A DNA stretch of 64,000 nt, taken from NCBI RefSeq assembly GCF_009914755.1, contig NC_060925.1. The stretch is one strand, 5' to 3'. Below the pieces are notes generated by a model, which saw only the letters and a program-made list of their open reading frames with translations, made no database searches and was not told the DNA's origin. Both the position numbers and the translations under genes were made by a program. This document shows, piece by piece, positions 1 to 13,200 of this stretch. The DNA comes from the human T2T-CHM13v2.0 reference genome, Homo sapiens. Position 1 is the stretch's first letter, and each line of letters opens with the position of its first letter.

Positions 1-1
1 C

Positions 2-18
2 CTTCGTTGGAAACGGGA
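2..18 (+). other. CENP-B box (first of ~189, one per ~340 bp dimer; last at 63914-63930)
   Basis: Exact canonical 17-mer CTTCGTTGGAAACGGGA, recurring at 342, 682, 1021 (ending in T), 1360 and onward. Matches the core nTTCGnnnnAnnCGGGn. Confidence 0.98.
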
Positions 19-729
19 TTTCTTCATATTCTGCTAGACAGAAGAATTCTCAGTAACTTCCTTGTGTTGTGTTTATTCAACTCACAGAGTTGAATGATCC
101 TTTACACAGAGCAGACTTGAAACACTCTTTTTGTGGAATTTGCAAGTGGAGATTTCAGCCGCTTTGAGGTCAATGGTAGAAAAGTAAATATCTTCGTATA
201 AAGACTAGACAGAATGATTCTCAGAAACTCCTTTGTGATGTGTGCGTTCAACTCACAGAGTTTAACCTTTCTGTTCATAGAGCTGTTAGGAAACACTCTG
301 TTTGTAAAGTCTGCAAGTGGATATTCAGACCTCCTTTAGGCCTTCGTTGGAAACGGGATTTCTTCATATTCTGCTAGACAGAAGAATTCTCAGTAACTTC
401 CTTGTGTTGTGTGTATTCAACTCACAGAGTTGAACGATCCTTTACACAGAGCAGACTTGAAACACTCTTTTTGTGGAATTTGCAAGTGGAGATTTCAGCC
501 GCTTTGAGGTCAATAGTAGAAAAGGAAATATCTTCGTAGAAAAACTAGACAGAATGATTCTCAGAAACTCCTTTGTGATGTGTGTGTTCAACTCACAGAG
601 TTTAACCTTTCTTTTCATAGAGCAGTTAGTAAACACTCTGTTTATAAAGTCTGCAAGTGGATATTCAGACCCCTTTGAGGCCTTCGTTGGAAACGGGATT
701 TCTTCATATTATGCTAGACAGAAGAATTC

Positions 730-1410
730 TCAGTAACTTCCTTGTGTTGTGTGTATTCAACTGACAGAGTTGAACTTTCATTTAGAGAGAGCAGATTTGA
801 AACACTGTTTTTGTGGAATTTGCAAGTGGAGATTTCAAGCGCTTTGGGTCAAAGGCAGAAAAGGAAATATCTTCGTATAAAAACTAGACAGAATCATTCT
901 CAGAAACTGCTGCGTGATGTGTGCGTTCAACTCTCAGAGTTTAACTTTTCTTTTCATTCAGCGGTTTGGAAACACTCTGTTTGTAAAGTCTGCACGTGGA
1001 AATTTTGACCACTTAGAGGCCTTCGTTGGAAACGGGTTTTTTTCATGTAAGGCTAGACAGAAGAATTCCCAGTAACTTCCTTGTGTTGTGTGCATTCAAC
1101 TCACAGAGTTGAACGTTCCCTTAGACAGAGCAGATTTGAAACACTCTATTTGTGCAATTTGCAAGTGTAGATTTCAAGCGCTTTAAGGTCAACGGCAGAA
1201 AAGGAAATATCTTCGTTTCAAAACTAGACAGAATCATTCCCACAAACTGCGTTGTGATGTGTTCGTTCAACTCACAGAGTTTAACCTTTCTGTTCATAGA
1301 GCAGTTAGGAAACACTCTGTTTGTAAAGTCTGTAAGTGGATATTCTGACATCTTGTGGCCTTCGTTGGAAACGGGATTTCTTCATATTCTGCTAGACAGA
1401 AGAATTCTCA
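730..1410 (+). repeat. Divergent 4-monomer core (dimers B+C) anchoring every HOR unit; 29 copies
   Basis: Diagnostic bases ctgacagagttgaactttca, acgggtttttttcatgtaagg, aacgttcccttagacag, attcccacaaactgcg. Register positions (C-dimer ORF start): 1121, 3501, 5540, 8260, 10295, 13695, 15734, 18114, 20153, 22873, 24912, 26952, 28991, 31711, 33751, 34771, 36810, 38850, 39870, 42930, 45993, 49056, 51435, 54835, 55855, 57895, 59934, 61974, 62994. Confidence 0.93.
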
Positions 1411-4247
1411 GTAACTTCCTTGTGTTGTGTGTATTCAACTCACAGAGTTGAACGATCCTTTACACAGAGCAGACTTGAAACACTCTTTTTGTGGAATTTG
1501 CAAGTGGAGATTTCAGCCGCTTTGAGGTCAATGGTAGAAAAGGAAACTATCTTCATATAAAGATTAGACAGAATGATTCTCAGAAAATCTTTTGTGATGT
1601 GTGCGTTCAACTCACAGAGTTTAACTTTTCTTCTCATAGAGCAGTTAGGAAACACTCTGTTTGTAAAGTCTGCAAGTGGATATTCAGAACTCTTTGAGGT
1701 CTTCGTTGGAAACGGGATTTCTTCATATTATGCTAGACAGAATAATTCTCAGTAACTTCCTTGTGTTGTGTTTATTCAACTCACAGAGTTGAATGATCCT
1801 TTACACAGAGCAGACTTGAAACACTCTTTTTGTGGAATTTGCAAGTGGAGATTTCAGCCGCTTTGAGGTCAATGGTAGAAAAGTAAATATCTTCCTATAA
1901 AGACTAGACAGAATGATTCTCAGAAACTCCTTTGTGATGTGTGCGTTCAACTCACAGAGTTTAACCTTTCTGTTCATAGAGCCGTTAGGAAACACTCTGT
2001 TTGTAAAGTCTGCAAGTGGATATTCAGACCTCTTTGAGGCCTTCGTTGGAAACGGGATTTCTTCATATTATGCTAGACAGAAGAATTCTCAGTAACTTCC
2101 TTGTGTTGTGTGTATTCAACTCACAGAGTTGAACGATCCTTTACACAGAGCAGACTTGAAACATTCTTTTTGTGGAATTTGCAAGTGGAGATTTCAGCCG
2201 CTTTGGGGTCAATGGTAGAATAGGAAATATCTTCCTATAGAAACTAGACAGAACGATTCTCAGAAACTCCTTTGTGATGTGTGCGTTCAACTCACAGAGT
2301 TTAACCTTTCTTTTCATAGAGCAGTTAGGAAACACTCTGTTTGTAAAGTCTGCAAGTGGATATTCAGACCTCCTTGAGGCCTTCGTTGGAAACGGGATTT
2401 CTTCATATTCTGCTAGACAGAAGAATTCTCAGTAACTTCCTTGTGTTGTGTTTATTCAACTCACAGAGTTGAATGATCCTTTACACAGAGCAGACTTGAA
2501 ACACTCTTTTTGTGGAATTTGCAAGTGGAGATTTCAGCCGCTTTGAGGTCAATGGTAGAAAAGTAAATATCTTCGTATAAAGACTAGACAGAATGATTCT
2601 CAGAAACTCCTTTGTGATGTGTGCGTTCAACTCACAGAGTTTAACCTTTCTGTTCATAGAGCTGTTAGGAAACACTCTGTTTGTAAAGTCTGCAAGTGGA
2701 TATTCAGACCTCCTTTAGGCCTTCGTTGGAAACGGGATTTCTTCATATTCTGCTAGACAGAAGAATTCTCAGTAACTTCCTTGTGTTGTGTGTATTCAAC
2801 TCACAGAGTTGAACGATCCTTTACACAGAGCAGACTTGAAACACTCTTTTTGTGGAATTTGCAAGTGGAGATTTCAGCCGCTTTGAGGTCAATAGTAGAG
2901 AAGGAAATATCTTCGTAGAAAAACTAGACAGAATGATTCTCAGAAACTCCTTTGTGATGTGTGTGTTCAACTCACAGAGTTTAACCTTTCTTTTCATAGA
3001 GCAGTTAGTAAACACTCTGTTTATAAAGTCTGCAAGTGGAAATTCAGACCCCTTTGAGGCCTTCGTTGGAAACGGGATTTCTTCATATTATGCTAGACAG
3101 AAGAATTCTCAGTAACTTCCTTGTGTTGTGTGTATTCAACTGACAGAGTTGAACTTTCATTTAGAGAGAGCAGATTTGAAACACTGTTTTTGTGGAATTT
3201 GCAAGTGGAGATTTCAAGCGCTTTGGGGCCAAAGGCAGAAAAGGAAATATCTTCGTATAAAAACTAGACAGAATCATTCTCAGAAACTGCTGCGTGATGT
3301 GTGCGTTCAACTCTCAGAGTTTAACTTTTCTTTTCATTCAGCGGTTTGGAAACACTCTGTTTGTAAAGTCTGCACGTGGAAATTTTGACCACTTAGAGGC
3401 CTTCGTTGGAAACGGGTTTTTTTCATGTAAGGCTAGACAGAAGAATTCCCAGTAACTTCCTTGTGTTGTGTGCATTCAACTCACAGAGTTGAACGTTCCC
3501 TTAGACAGAGCAGATTTGAAACACTCTATTTGTGCAATTTGCAAGTGTAGATTTCAAGCGCTTTAAGGTCAACGGCAGAAAAGGAAATATCTTCGTTTCA
3601 AAACTAGACAGAATCATTCCCACAAACTGCGTTGTGATGTGTTCGTTCAACTCACAGAGTTTAACCTTTCTGTTCATAGAGCAGTTAGGAAACACTCTGT
3701 TTGTAAAGTCTGTAAGTGGATATTCTGACATCTTGTGGCCTTCGTTGGAAACGGGATTTCTTCATATTCGGCTAGACAGAAGAATTCTCAGTAACTTCCT
3801 TGTGTTGTGTGTATTCAACTCACAGAGTTGAATGATCCTTTACACAGAGCAGACTTGAAACACTCTTTTTGTGGAATTTGCAAGTGGAGATTTCAGCCGC
3901 TTTGAGGTCAATGGTAGAAAAGTAAATATCTTCGTATAAAGACTAGACAGAATGATTCTTAGAAACTCCTTTGTGATGTGTGCGTTCAACTCACAGAGTT
4001 TAACCTTTCTGTTCATAGAGCAGTTAGGAAACACTCTGTTTGTAAAGTCTGCAAGTGGATATTCAGACCTCCTTTAGGCCTTCGTTGGAAACGGGATTTC
4101 TTCATATTCTGCTAGACAGAAGAATTCTCAGTAACTTCCTTGTGTTGTGTGTATTCAACTCACAGAGTTGAACAATCCTTTACACAGAGCAGACTTGAAA
4201 CACTCTTTTTGTGGAATTTGCAAGTGGAGATTTCAGCCGCTTTGAGG

Positions 4248-4264
4248 TCAATGGTAGAAAAGGA
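4248..4264 (+). other. A-box (pJalpha-type) site of the non-CENP-B monomer (representative copy)
   Basis: TCAATGGTAGAAAAGGA sits at the position homologous to the CENP-B box in alternate monomers, the known A/B alternation of dimeric alphoid families. Confidence 0.75.
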
Positions 4265-7200
4265 AATATCTTCGTATAAAGACTAGACAGAATGATTCTC
4301 ATAAACTCCTTTGTGATGTGTGCGTTCAACTCACAGAGTTTAACATTTCTTTTCATAGAGCAGTTAGGAAACACTCTGTTTGTAAAGTCTGCAAGTGGAT
4401 ATTCAGACCTCTTTGAGGCCTTCGTTGGAAACGGGATTTCTTCATATTCTGCTAGACAGAAGAATTCTCAGTAACTTCCTTGTGTTGTGTGTATTCAACT
4501 CACAGAGTTGAACGATGCTTTACACAGAGCAGACTTGAAACATTCTTTTTGTGGAATTTGCAAGTGGAGATTTCAGCCGCTTTGAGGTCAATGGTAGAAT
4601 AGGAAATATCTTCCTATAGAAACTAGACAGAACGATTCTCAGAAACTCCTTTGTGATGTGTGCGTTCAACTCACAGAGTTTAACCTTTCTTTTCATAGAG
4701 CAGTTAGGAAACACTCTGTTTGTAAAGTCTGCAAGTGGATATTCAGACCTCTTTGAGGCCTTCGTTGGAAACGGGATTTCTTCATATTCTGCTAGACAGA
4801 AGAATTCTCAGTAACTTCCTTGTGTTGTGTGTATTCAACTCACAGAGTTGAACGATCCTTTACACAGAGCAGACTTGAAACACTCTTTTTGTGGAATTTG
4901 CAAGTGGAGATTTCAGCCGCTTTGAGGTCAATAGTAGAAAAGGAAATATCTTCGTAGAAAAACTAGACAGAATGATTCTCAGAAACTCCTTTGTGATGTG
5001 TGTGTTCAACTCACAGAGTTTAACCTTTCTTTTCATAGAGCAGTTAGTAAACACTCTGTTTATAAAGTCTGCAAGTGGATATTCAGACCCCTTTGAGGCC
5101 TTCGTTGGAAACGGGATTTCTTCATATTATGCTAGACAGAAGAATTCTCAGTAACTTCCTTGTGTTGTGTGTATTCAACTGACAGAGTTGAACTTTCATT
5201 TAGAGAGAGCAGATTTGAAACACTGTTTTTGTGGAATTTGCAAGTGGAGATTTCAAGCGCTTTGGGGCCAAAGGCAGAAAAGGAAATATCTTCGTATAAA
5301 AACTAGACAGAATCATTCTCAGAAACTGCTGCGTGATGTGTGCGTTCAACTCTCAGAGTTTAACTTTTCTTTTCATTCAGCGGTTTGGAAACACTCTGTT
5401 TGTAAAGTCTGCACGTGGAAATTTTGACCACTTAGAGGCCTTCGTTGGAAACGGGTTTTTTTCATGTAAGGCTAGACAGAAGAATTCCCAGTAACTTCCT
5501 TGTGTTGTGTGCATTCAACTCACAGAGTTGAACGTTCCCTTAGACAGAGCAGATTTGAAACACTCTATTTGTGCAATTTGCAAGTGTAGATTTCAAGCGC
5601 TTTAAGGTCAACGGCAGAAAAGGAAATATCTTCGTTTCAAAACTAGACAGAATCATTCCCACAAACTGCGTTGTGATGTGTTCGTTCAACTCACAGAGTT
5701 TAACCTTTCTGTTCATAGAGCAGTTAGGAAACACTCTGTTTGTAAAGTCTGTAAGTGGATATTCTGACATCTTGTGGCCTTCGTTGGAAACGGGATTTCT
5801 TCATATTCTGCTAGACAGAAGAATTCTCAGTAACTTCCTTGTGTTGTGTGTATTCAACTCACAGAGTTGAACGATCCTTTACACAGAGCAGACTTGAAAC
5901 ACTCTTTTTGTGGAATTTGCAAGTGGAGATTTCAGCCGCTTTGAGGTCAATGGTAGAAAAGGAAACTATCTTCATATAAAGATTAGACAGAATGATTCTC
6001 AGAAAATCTTTTGTGATGTGTGCGTTCAACTCACAGAGTTTAACTTTTCTTCTCATAGTGCAGTTAGGAAACACTCTGTTTGTAAAGTCTGCAAGTGGAT
6101 ATTCAGACCTCTTTGAGGTCTTCGTTGGAAACGGGATTTCTTCATATTATGCTAGACAGAATAATTCTCAGTAACTTCCTTGTGTTGTGTGTATTCAACT
6201 CACAGAGTTGAAGGATCCTTTACAGAGAGCAGGCTTGAAACACTCTTTTTGTCGAATTTGCAAGTGGAGATTTCAGCCGCTTTGTGGTCAATGGTAGAAT
6301 AGGAAATATCTTCTTATAGAAACTAGACAGAATGATTCTCATAAACTCCTTTGTGATGTGTGCTTTCAACTCACAGAGTTTAACCTTTCTTTTCATAGAG
6401 CAGTTAGGAAACACTCTGTTTGTAAAGTCTGCAAGTGGATATTCAGACCTCCTTGAGGCCTTCGTTGGAAACGGGATTTCTTCATATTCTGCTAGACAGA
6501 AGAATTCTCAGTAACTTCCTTGTGTTGTGTTTATTCAACTCACAGAGTTGAATGATCCTTTACACAGAGCAGACTTGAAACACTCTTTTTGTGGAATTTG
6601 CAAGTGGAGATTTCAGCCGCTTTGAGGTCAATGGTAGAAAAGTAAATATCTTCCTATAAAGACTAGACAGAATGATTCTCAGAAACTCCTTTGTGATGTG
6701 TGCGTTCAACTCACAGAGTTTAACCTTTCTGTTCATAGAGCCGTTAGGAAACACTCTGTTTGTAAAGTCTGCAAGTGGATATTCAGACCTCTTTGAGGCC
6801 TTCGTTGGAAACGGGATTTCTTCATATTATGCTAGACAGAAGAATTCTCAGTAACTTCCTTGTGTTGTGTGTATTCAACTCACAGAGTTGAACGATCCTT
6901 TACACAGAGCAGACTTGAAACATTCTTTTTGTGGAATTTGCAAGTGGAGATTTCAGCCGCTTTGAGGTCAATGGTAGAATAGGAAATATCTTCCTATAGA
7001 AACTAGACAGAACGATTCTCAGAAACTCCTTTGTGATGTGTGCGTTCAACTCACAGAGTTTAACCTTTCTTTTCATAGAGCAGTTAGGAAACACTCTGTT
7101 TGTAAAGTCTGCAAGTGGATATTCAGACCTCCTTGAGGCCTTCGTTGGAAACGGGATTTCTTCATATTCTGCTAGACAGAAGAATTCTCAGTAACTTCCT

Positions 7201-10200
7201 TGTGTTGTGTTTATTCAACTCACAGAGTTGAATGATCCTTTACACAGAGCAGACTTGAAACACTCTTTTTGTGGAATTTGCAAGTGGAGATTTCAGCCGC
7301 TTTGAGGTCAATGGTAGAAAAGTAAATATCTTCGTATAAAGACTAGACAGAATGATTCTCAGAAACTCCTTTGTGATGTGTGCGTTCAACTCACAGAGTT
7401 TAACCTTTCTGTTCATAGAGCTGTTAGGAAACACTCTGTTTGTAAAGTCTGCAAGTGGATATTCAGACCTCCTTTAGGCCTTCGTTGGAAACGGGATTTC
7501 TTCATATTCTGCTAGACAGAAGAATTCTCAGTAACTTCCTTGTGTTGTGTGTATTCAACTCACAGAGTTGAACGATCCTTTACACAGAGCAGACTTGAAA
7601 CACTCTTTTTGTGGAATTTGCAAGTGGAGATTTCAGCCGCTTTGAGGTCAATAGTAGAAAAGGAAATATCTTCGTAGAAAAACTAGACAGAATGATTCTC
7701 AGAAACTCCTTTGTGATGTGTGTGTTCAACTCACAGAGTTTAACCTTTCTTTTCATAGAGCAGTTAGTAAACACTCTGTTTATAAAGTCTGCAAGTGGAT
7801 ATTCAGACCCCTTTGAGGCCTTCGTTGGAAACGGGATTTCTTCATATTATGCTAGACAGAAGAATTCTCAGTAACTTCCTTGTGTTGTGTGTATTCAACT
7901 GACAGAGTTGAACTTTCATTTAGAGAGAGCAGATTTGAAACACTGTTTTTGTGGAATTTGCAAGTGGAGATTTCAAGCGCTTTGGGGCCAAAGGCAGAAA
8001 AGGAAATATCTTCGTATAAAAACTAGACAGAATCATTCTCAGAAACTGCTGCGTGATGTGTGCGTTCAACTCTCAGAGTTTAACTTTTCTTTTCATTCAG
8101 CGGTTTGGAAACACTCTGTTTGTAAAGTCTGCACGTGGAAATTTTGACCACTTAGAGGCCTTCGTTGGAAACGGGTTTTTTTCATGTAAGGCTAGACAGA
8201 AGAATTCCCAGTAACTTCCTTGTGTTGTGTGCATTCAACTCACAGAGTTGAACGTTCCCTTAGACAGAGCAGATTTGAAACACTCTATTTGTGCAATTTG
8301 CAAGTGTAGATTTCAAGCGCTTTAAGGTCAACGGCAGAAAAGGAAATATCTTCGTTTCAAAACTAGACAGAATCATTCCCACAAACTGCGTTGTGATGTG
8401 TTCGTTCAACTCACAGAGTTTAACCTTTCTGTTCATAGAGCAGTTAGGAAACACTCTGTTTGTAAAGTCTGTAAGTGGATATTCTGACATCTTGTGGCCT
8501 TCGTTGGAAACGGGATTTCTTCATATTCTGCTAGACAGAAGAATTCTCAGTAACTTCCTTGTGTTGTGTGTATTCAACTCACAGAGTTGAATGATCCTTT
8601 ACACAGAGCAGACTTGAAACATTCTTTTTGTGGAATTTGCAAGTGGAGATTTCAGCCGCTTTGAGGTCAATGGTAGAAAAGTAAATATCTTCGTATAAAG
8701 ACTAGACAGAATGATTCTTAGAAACTCCTTTGTGATGTGTGCGTTCAACTCACAGAGTTTAACCTTTCTGTTCATAGAGCAGTTAGGAAACACTCTGTAA
8801 AGTCTGCAAGTGGATATTCAGACCTCCTTTAGGCCTTCGTTGGAAACGGGATTTCTTCATATTCTGCTAGACAGAAGAATTCTCAGTAACTTCCTTGTGT
8901 TGTGTGTATTCAACTCACAGAGTTGAACAATCCTTTACACAGAGCAGACTTGAAACACTCTTTTTGTGGAATTTGCAAGTGGAGATTTCAGCCGCTTTGA
9001 GGTCAATGGTAGAAAAGGAAATATCTTCGTATAAAGACTAGACAGAATGATTCTCATAAACTCCTTTGTGATGTGTGCGTTCAACTCACAGAGTTTAACT
9101 TTTCTTTTCATAGAGCAGTTAGGAAACACTCTGTTTGTAAAGTCTGCAAGTGGATATTCAGACCTCTTTGAGGCCTTCGTTGGAAACGGGATTTCTTCAT
9201 ATTCTGCTAGACAGAAGAATTCTCAGTAACTTCCTTGTGTTGTGTGTATTCAACTCACAGAGTTGAACGATCCTTTACACAGAGCAGACTTGAAACATTC
9301 TTTTTGTGGAATTTGCAAGTGGAGATTTCAGCCGCTTTGAGGTCAATGGTAGAATAGGAAATATCTTCCTATAGAAACTAGACAGAACGATTCTCAGAAA
9401 CTCCTTTGTGATGTGTGCGTTCAACTCACAGAGTTTAACCTTTCTTTTCATAGAGCAGTTAGGAAACACTCTGTTTGTAAAGTCTGCAAGTGGATATTCA
9501 GACCTCTTTGAGGCCTTCGTTGGAAACGGGATTTCTTCATATTCTGCTAGACAGAAGAATTCTCAGTAACTTCCTTGTGTTGTGTGTATTCAACTCACAG
9601 AGTTGAACGATCCTTTACACAGAGCAGACTTGAAACACTCTTTTTGTGGAATTTGCAAGTGGAGATTTCAGCCGCTTTGAGGTCAATAGTAGAAAAGGAA
9701 ATATCTTCGTAGAAAAACTAGACAGAATGATTCTCAGAAACTCCTTTGTGATGTGTGTGTTCAACTCACAGAGTTTAACCTTTCTTTTCATAGAGCAGTT
9801 AGTAAACACTCTGTTTATAAAGTCTGCAAGTGGATATTCAGACCCCTTTGAGGCCTTCGTTGGAAACGGGATTTCTTCATATTATGCTAGACAGAAGAAT
9901 TCTCAGTAACTTCCTTGTGTTGTGTGTATTCAACTGACAGAGTTGAACTTTCATTTAGAGAGAGCAGATTTGAAACACTGTTTTTGTGGAATTTGCAAGT
10001 GGAGATTTCAAGCGCTTTGGGGCCAAAGGCAGAAAAGGAAATATCTTCGTATAAAAACTAGACAGAATCATTCTCAGAAACTGCTGCGTGATGTGTGCGT
10101 TCAACTCTCAGAGTTTAACTTTTCTTTTCATTCAGCGGTTTGGAAACACTCTGTTTGTAAAGTCTGCACGTGGAAATTTTGACCACTTAGAGGCCTTCGT

Positions 10201-13200
10201 TGGAAACGGGTTTTTTTCATGTAAGGCTAGACAGAAGAATTCCCAGTAACTTCCTTGTGTTGTGTGCATTCAACTCACAGAGTTGAACGTTCCCTTAGAC
10301 AGAGCAGATTTGAAACACTCTATTTGTGCAATTTGCAAGTGTAGATTTCAAGCGCTTTAAGGTCAACGGCAGAAAAGGAAATATCTTCGTTTCAAAACTA
10401 GACAGAATCATTCCCACAAACTGCGTTGTGATGTGTTCGTTCAACTCACAGAGTTTAACCTTTCTGTTCATAGAGCAGTTAGGAAACACTCTGTTTGTAA
10501 AGTCTGTAAGTGGATATTCTGACATCTTGTGGCCTTCGTTGGAAACGGGATTTCTTCATATTCTGCTAGACAGAAGAATTCTCAGTAACTTCCTTGTGTT
10601 GTGTGTATTCAACTCACAGAGTTGAACGATCCTTTACACAGAGCAGACTTGAAACACTCTTTTTGTGGAATTTGCAAGTGGAGATTTCAGCCGCTTTGAG
10701 GTCAATGGTAGAAAAGGAAACTATCTTCATATAAAGATTAGACAGAATGATTCTCAGAAAATCTTTTGTGATGTGTGCGTTCAACTCACAGAGTTTAACT
10801 TTTCTTCTCATAGAGCAGTTAGGAAACACTCTGTTTGTAAAGTCTGCAAGTGGATATTCAGACCTCTTTGAGGTCTTCGTTGGAAACGGGATTTCTTCAT
10901 ATTATGCTAGACAGAATAATTCTCAGTAACTTCCTTGTGTTGTGTGTATTCAACTCACAGAGTTGAAGGATCCTTTACAGAGAGCAGGCTTGAAACACTC
11001 TTTTTGTCGAATTTGCAAGTGGAGATTTCAGCCGCTTTGTGGTCAATGGTAGAATAGGAAATATCTTCTTATAGAAACTAGACAGAATGATTCTCATAAA
11101 CTCCTTTGTGATGTGTGCGATCAACTCACAGAGTTTAACCTTTCTTTTCATAGAGCAGTTAGGAAACACTCTGTTTGTAAAGTCTGCAAGTGGATATTCA
11201 GACCTCCTTGAGGCCTTCGTTGGAAAAGGGATTTCTTCATATTCTGCTAGAAAGAAGAATTCTCAGTAACTTCCTTGTGTTGTGTTTATTCAACTCACAG
11301 AGTTGAATGGTCCTTTACACCGAGCAGACTTGAAACACTCTTTTTGTGGAATTTGCAAGTGGAGATTTCAGCCGCTTTGAGGTCAATGGTAGAAAAGTAA
11401 ATATCTTCCTATAAAGACTAGACAGAATGATTCTCAGAAACTCCTTTGTGATGTGTGCGTTCAACTCACAGAGTTTAACCTTTCTGTTCATAGAGCCGTT
11501 AGGAAACACACTGTTTGTAAAGTCTGCAAGTGGATATTCAGACCTCTTTGAGGCCTTCGTTGGAAACGGGATTTCTTCATATTATGCTAGACAGAAGAAT
11601 TCTCAGTAACTTCCTTGTGTTGTGTGTATTCAACTCACAGAGTTGAAGGATCCTTTACAGAGAGCAGGCTTGAAACACTCTTTTTGTCGAATTTGCAAGT
11701 GGAGATTTCAGCCGCTTTGTGGTCAATGGTAGAATAGGAAATATCTTCTTATAGAAACTAGACAGAATGATTCTCATAAACTCCTTTGTGATGTGTGCGT
11801 TCAACTCACAGAGTTTAACCTTTATTTTCATAGAGCAGTTAGGAAACACTCTGTTTGTAAAGTCTGCAAGTGGATATTCAGACCTCCTTGAGGCCTTCGT
11901 TGGAAACGGGATTTCTTCATATTCTGCTAGACAGAAGAATTCTCAGTAACTTCCTTGTGTTGTGTTTATTCAACTCACAGAGTTGAATGATCCTTTACAC
12001 AGAGCAGACTTGAAACACTCTTTTTGTGGAATTTGCAAGTGGAGATTTCAGCCGCTTTGAGGTCAATGGTAGAAAAGTAAATATCTTCCTATAAAGACTA
12101 GACAGAATGATTCTCAGAAACTCCTTTGTGATGTGTGCGTTCAACTCACAGAGTTTAACCTTTCTGTTCATAGAGCCGTTAGGAAACACTCTGTTTGTAA
12201 AGTCTGCAAGTGGATATTCAGACCTCTTTGAGGCCTTCGTTGGAAACGGGATTTCTTCATATTATGCTAGACAGAAGAATTCTCAGTAACTTCCTTGTGT
12301 TGTGTGTATTCAACTCACAGAGTTGAACGATCCTTTACACAGAGCAGACTTGAAACATTCTTTTTGTGGAATTTGCAAGTGGAGATTTCAGCCGCTTTGA
12401 GGTCAATGGTAGAATAGGAAATATCTTCCTATAGAAACTAGACAGAACGATTCTCAGAAACTCCTTTGTGATGTGTGCGTTCAACTCACAGAGTTTAACC
12501 TTTCTTTTCATAGAGCAGTTAGGAAACACTCTGTTTGTAAAGTCTGCAAGTGGATATTCAGACCTCCTTGAGGCCTTCGTTGGAAACGGGATTTCTTCAT
12601 ATTCTGCTAGACAGAAGAATTCTCAGTAACTTCCTTGTGTTGTGTTTATTCAACTCACAGAGTTGAATGATCCTTTACACAGAGCAGACTTGAAACACTC
12701 TTTTTGTGGAATTTGCAAGTGGAGATTTCAGCCGCTTTGAGGTCAATGGTAGAAAAGTAAATATCTTCGTATAAAGACTAGACAGAATGATTCTCAGAAA
12801 CTCCTTTGTGATGTGTGCGTTCAACTCACAGAGTTTAACCTTTCTGTTCATAGAGCTGTTAGGAAACACTCTGTTTGTAAAGTCTGCAAGTGGATATTCA
12901 GACCTCCTTTAGGCCTTCGTTGGAAACGGGATTTCTTCATATTCTGCTAGACAGAAGAATTCTCAGTAACTTCCTTGTGTTGTGTGTATTCAACTCACAG
13001 AGTTGAACGATCCTTTACACAGAGCAGACTTGAAACACTCTTTTTGTGGAATTTGCAAGTGGAGATTTCAGCCGCTTTGAGGTCAATAGTAGAAAAGGAA
13101 ATATCTTCGTAGAAAAACTAGACAGAATGATTCTCAGAAACTCCTTTGTGATGTGTGTGTTCAACTCACAGAGTTTAACCTTTCTTTTCATAGAGCAGTT

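Noticed and set aside
1340-1560. Apparent compensating indels (C dimer 339 bp, D dimer 341 bp) keeping D-type units exact multiples of 340
   Set aside because: I-type units lack the +1 base and are amplified just as well (2039 bp), so there is no evidence of length selection.
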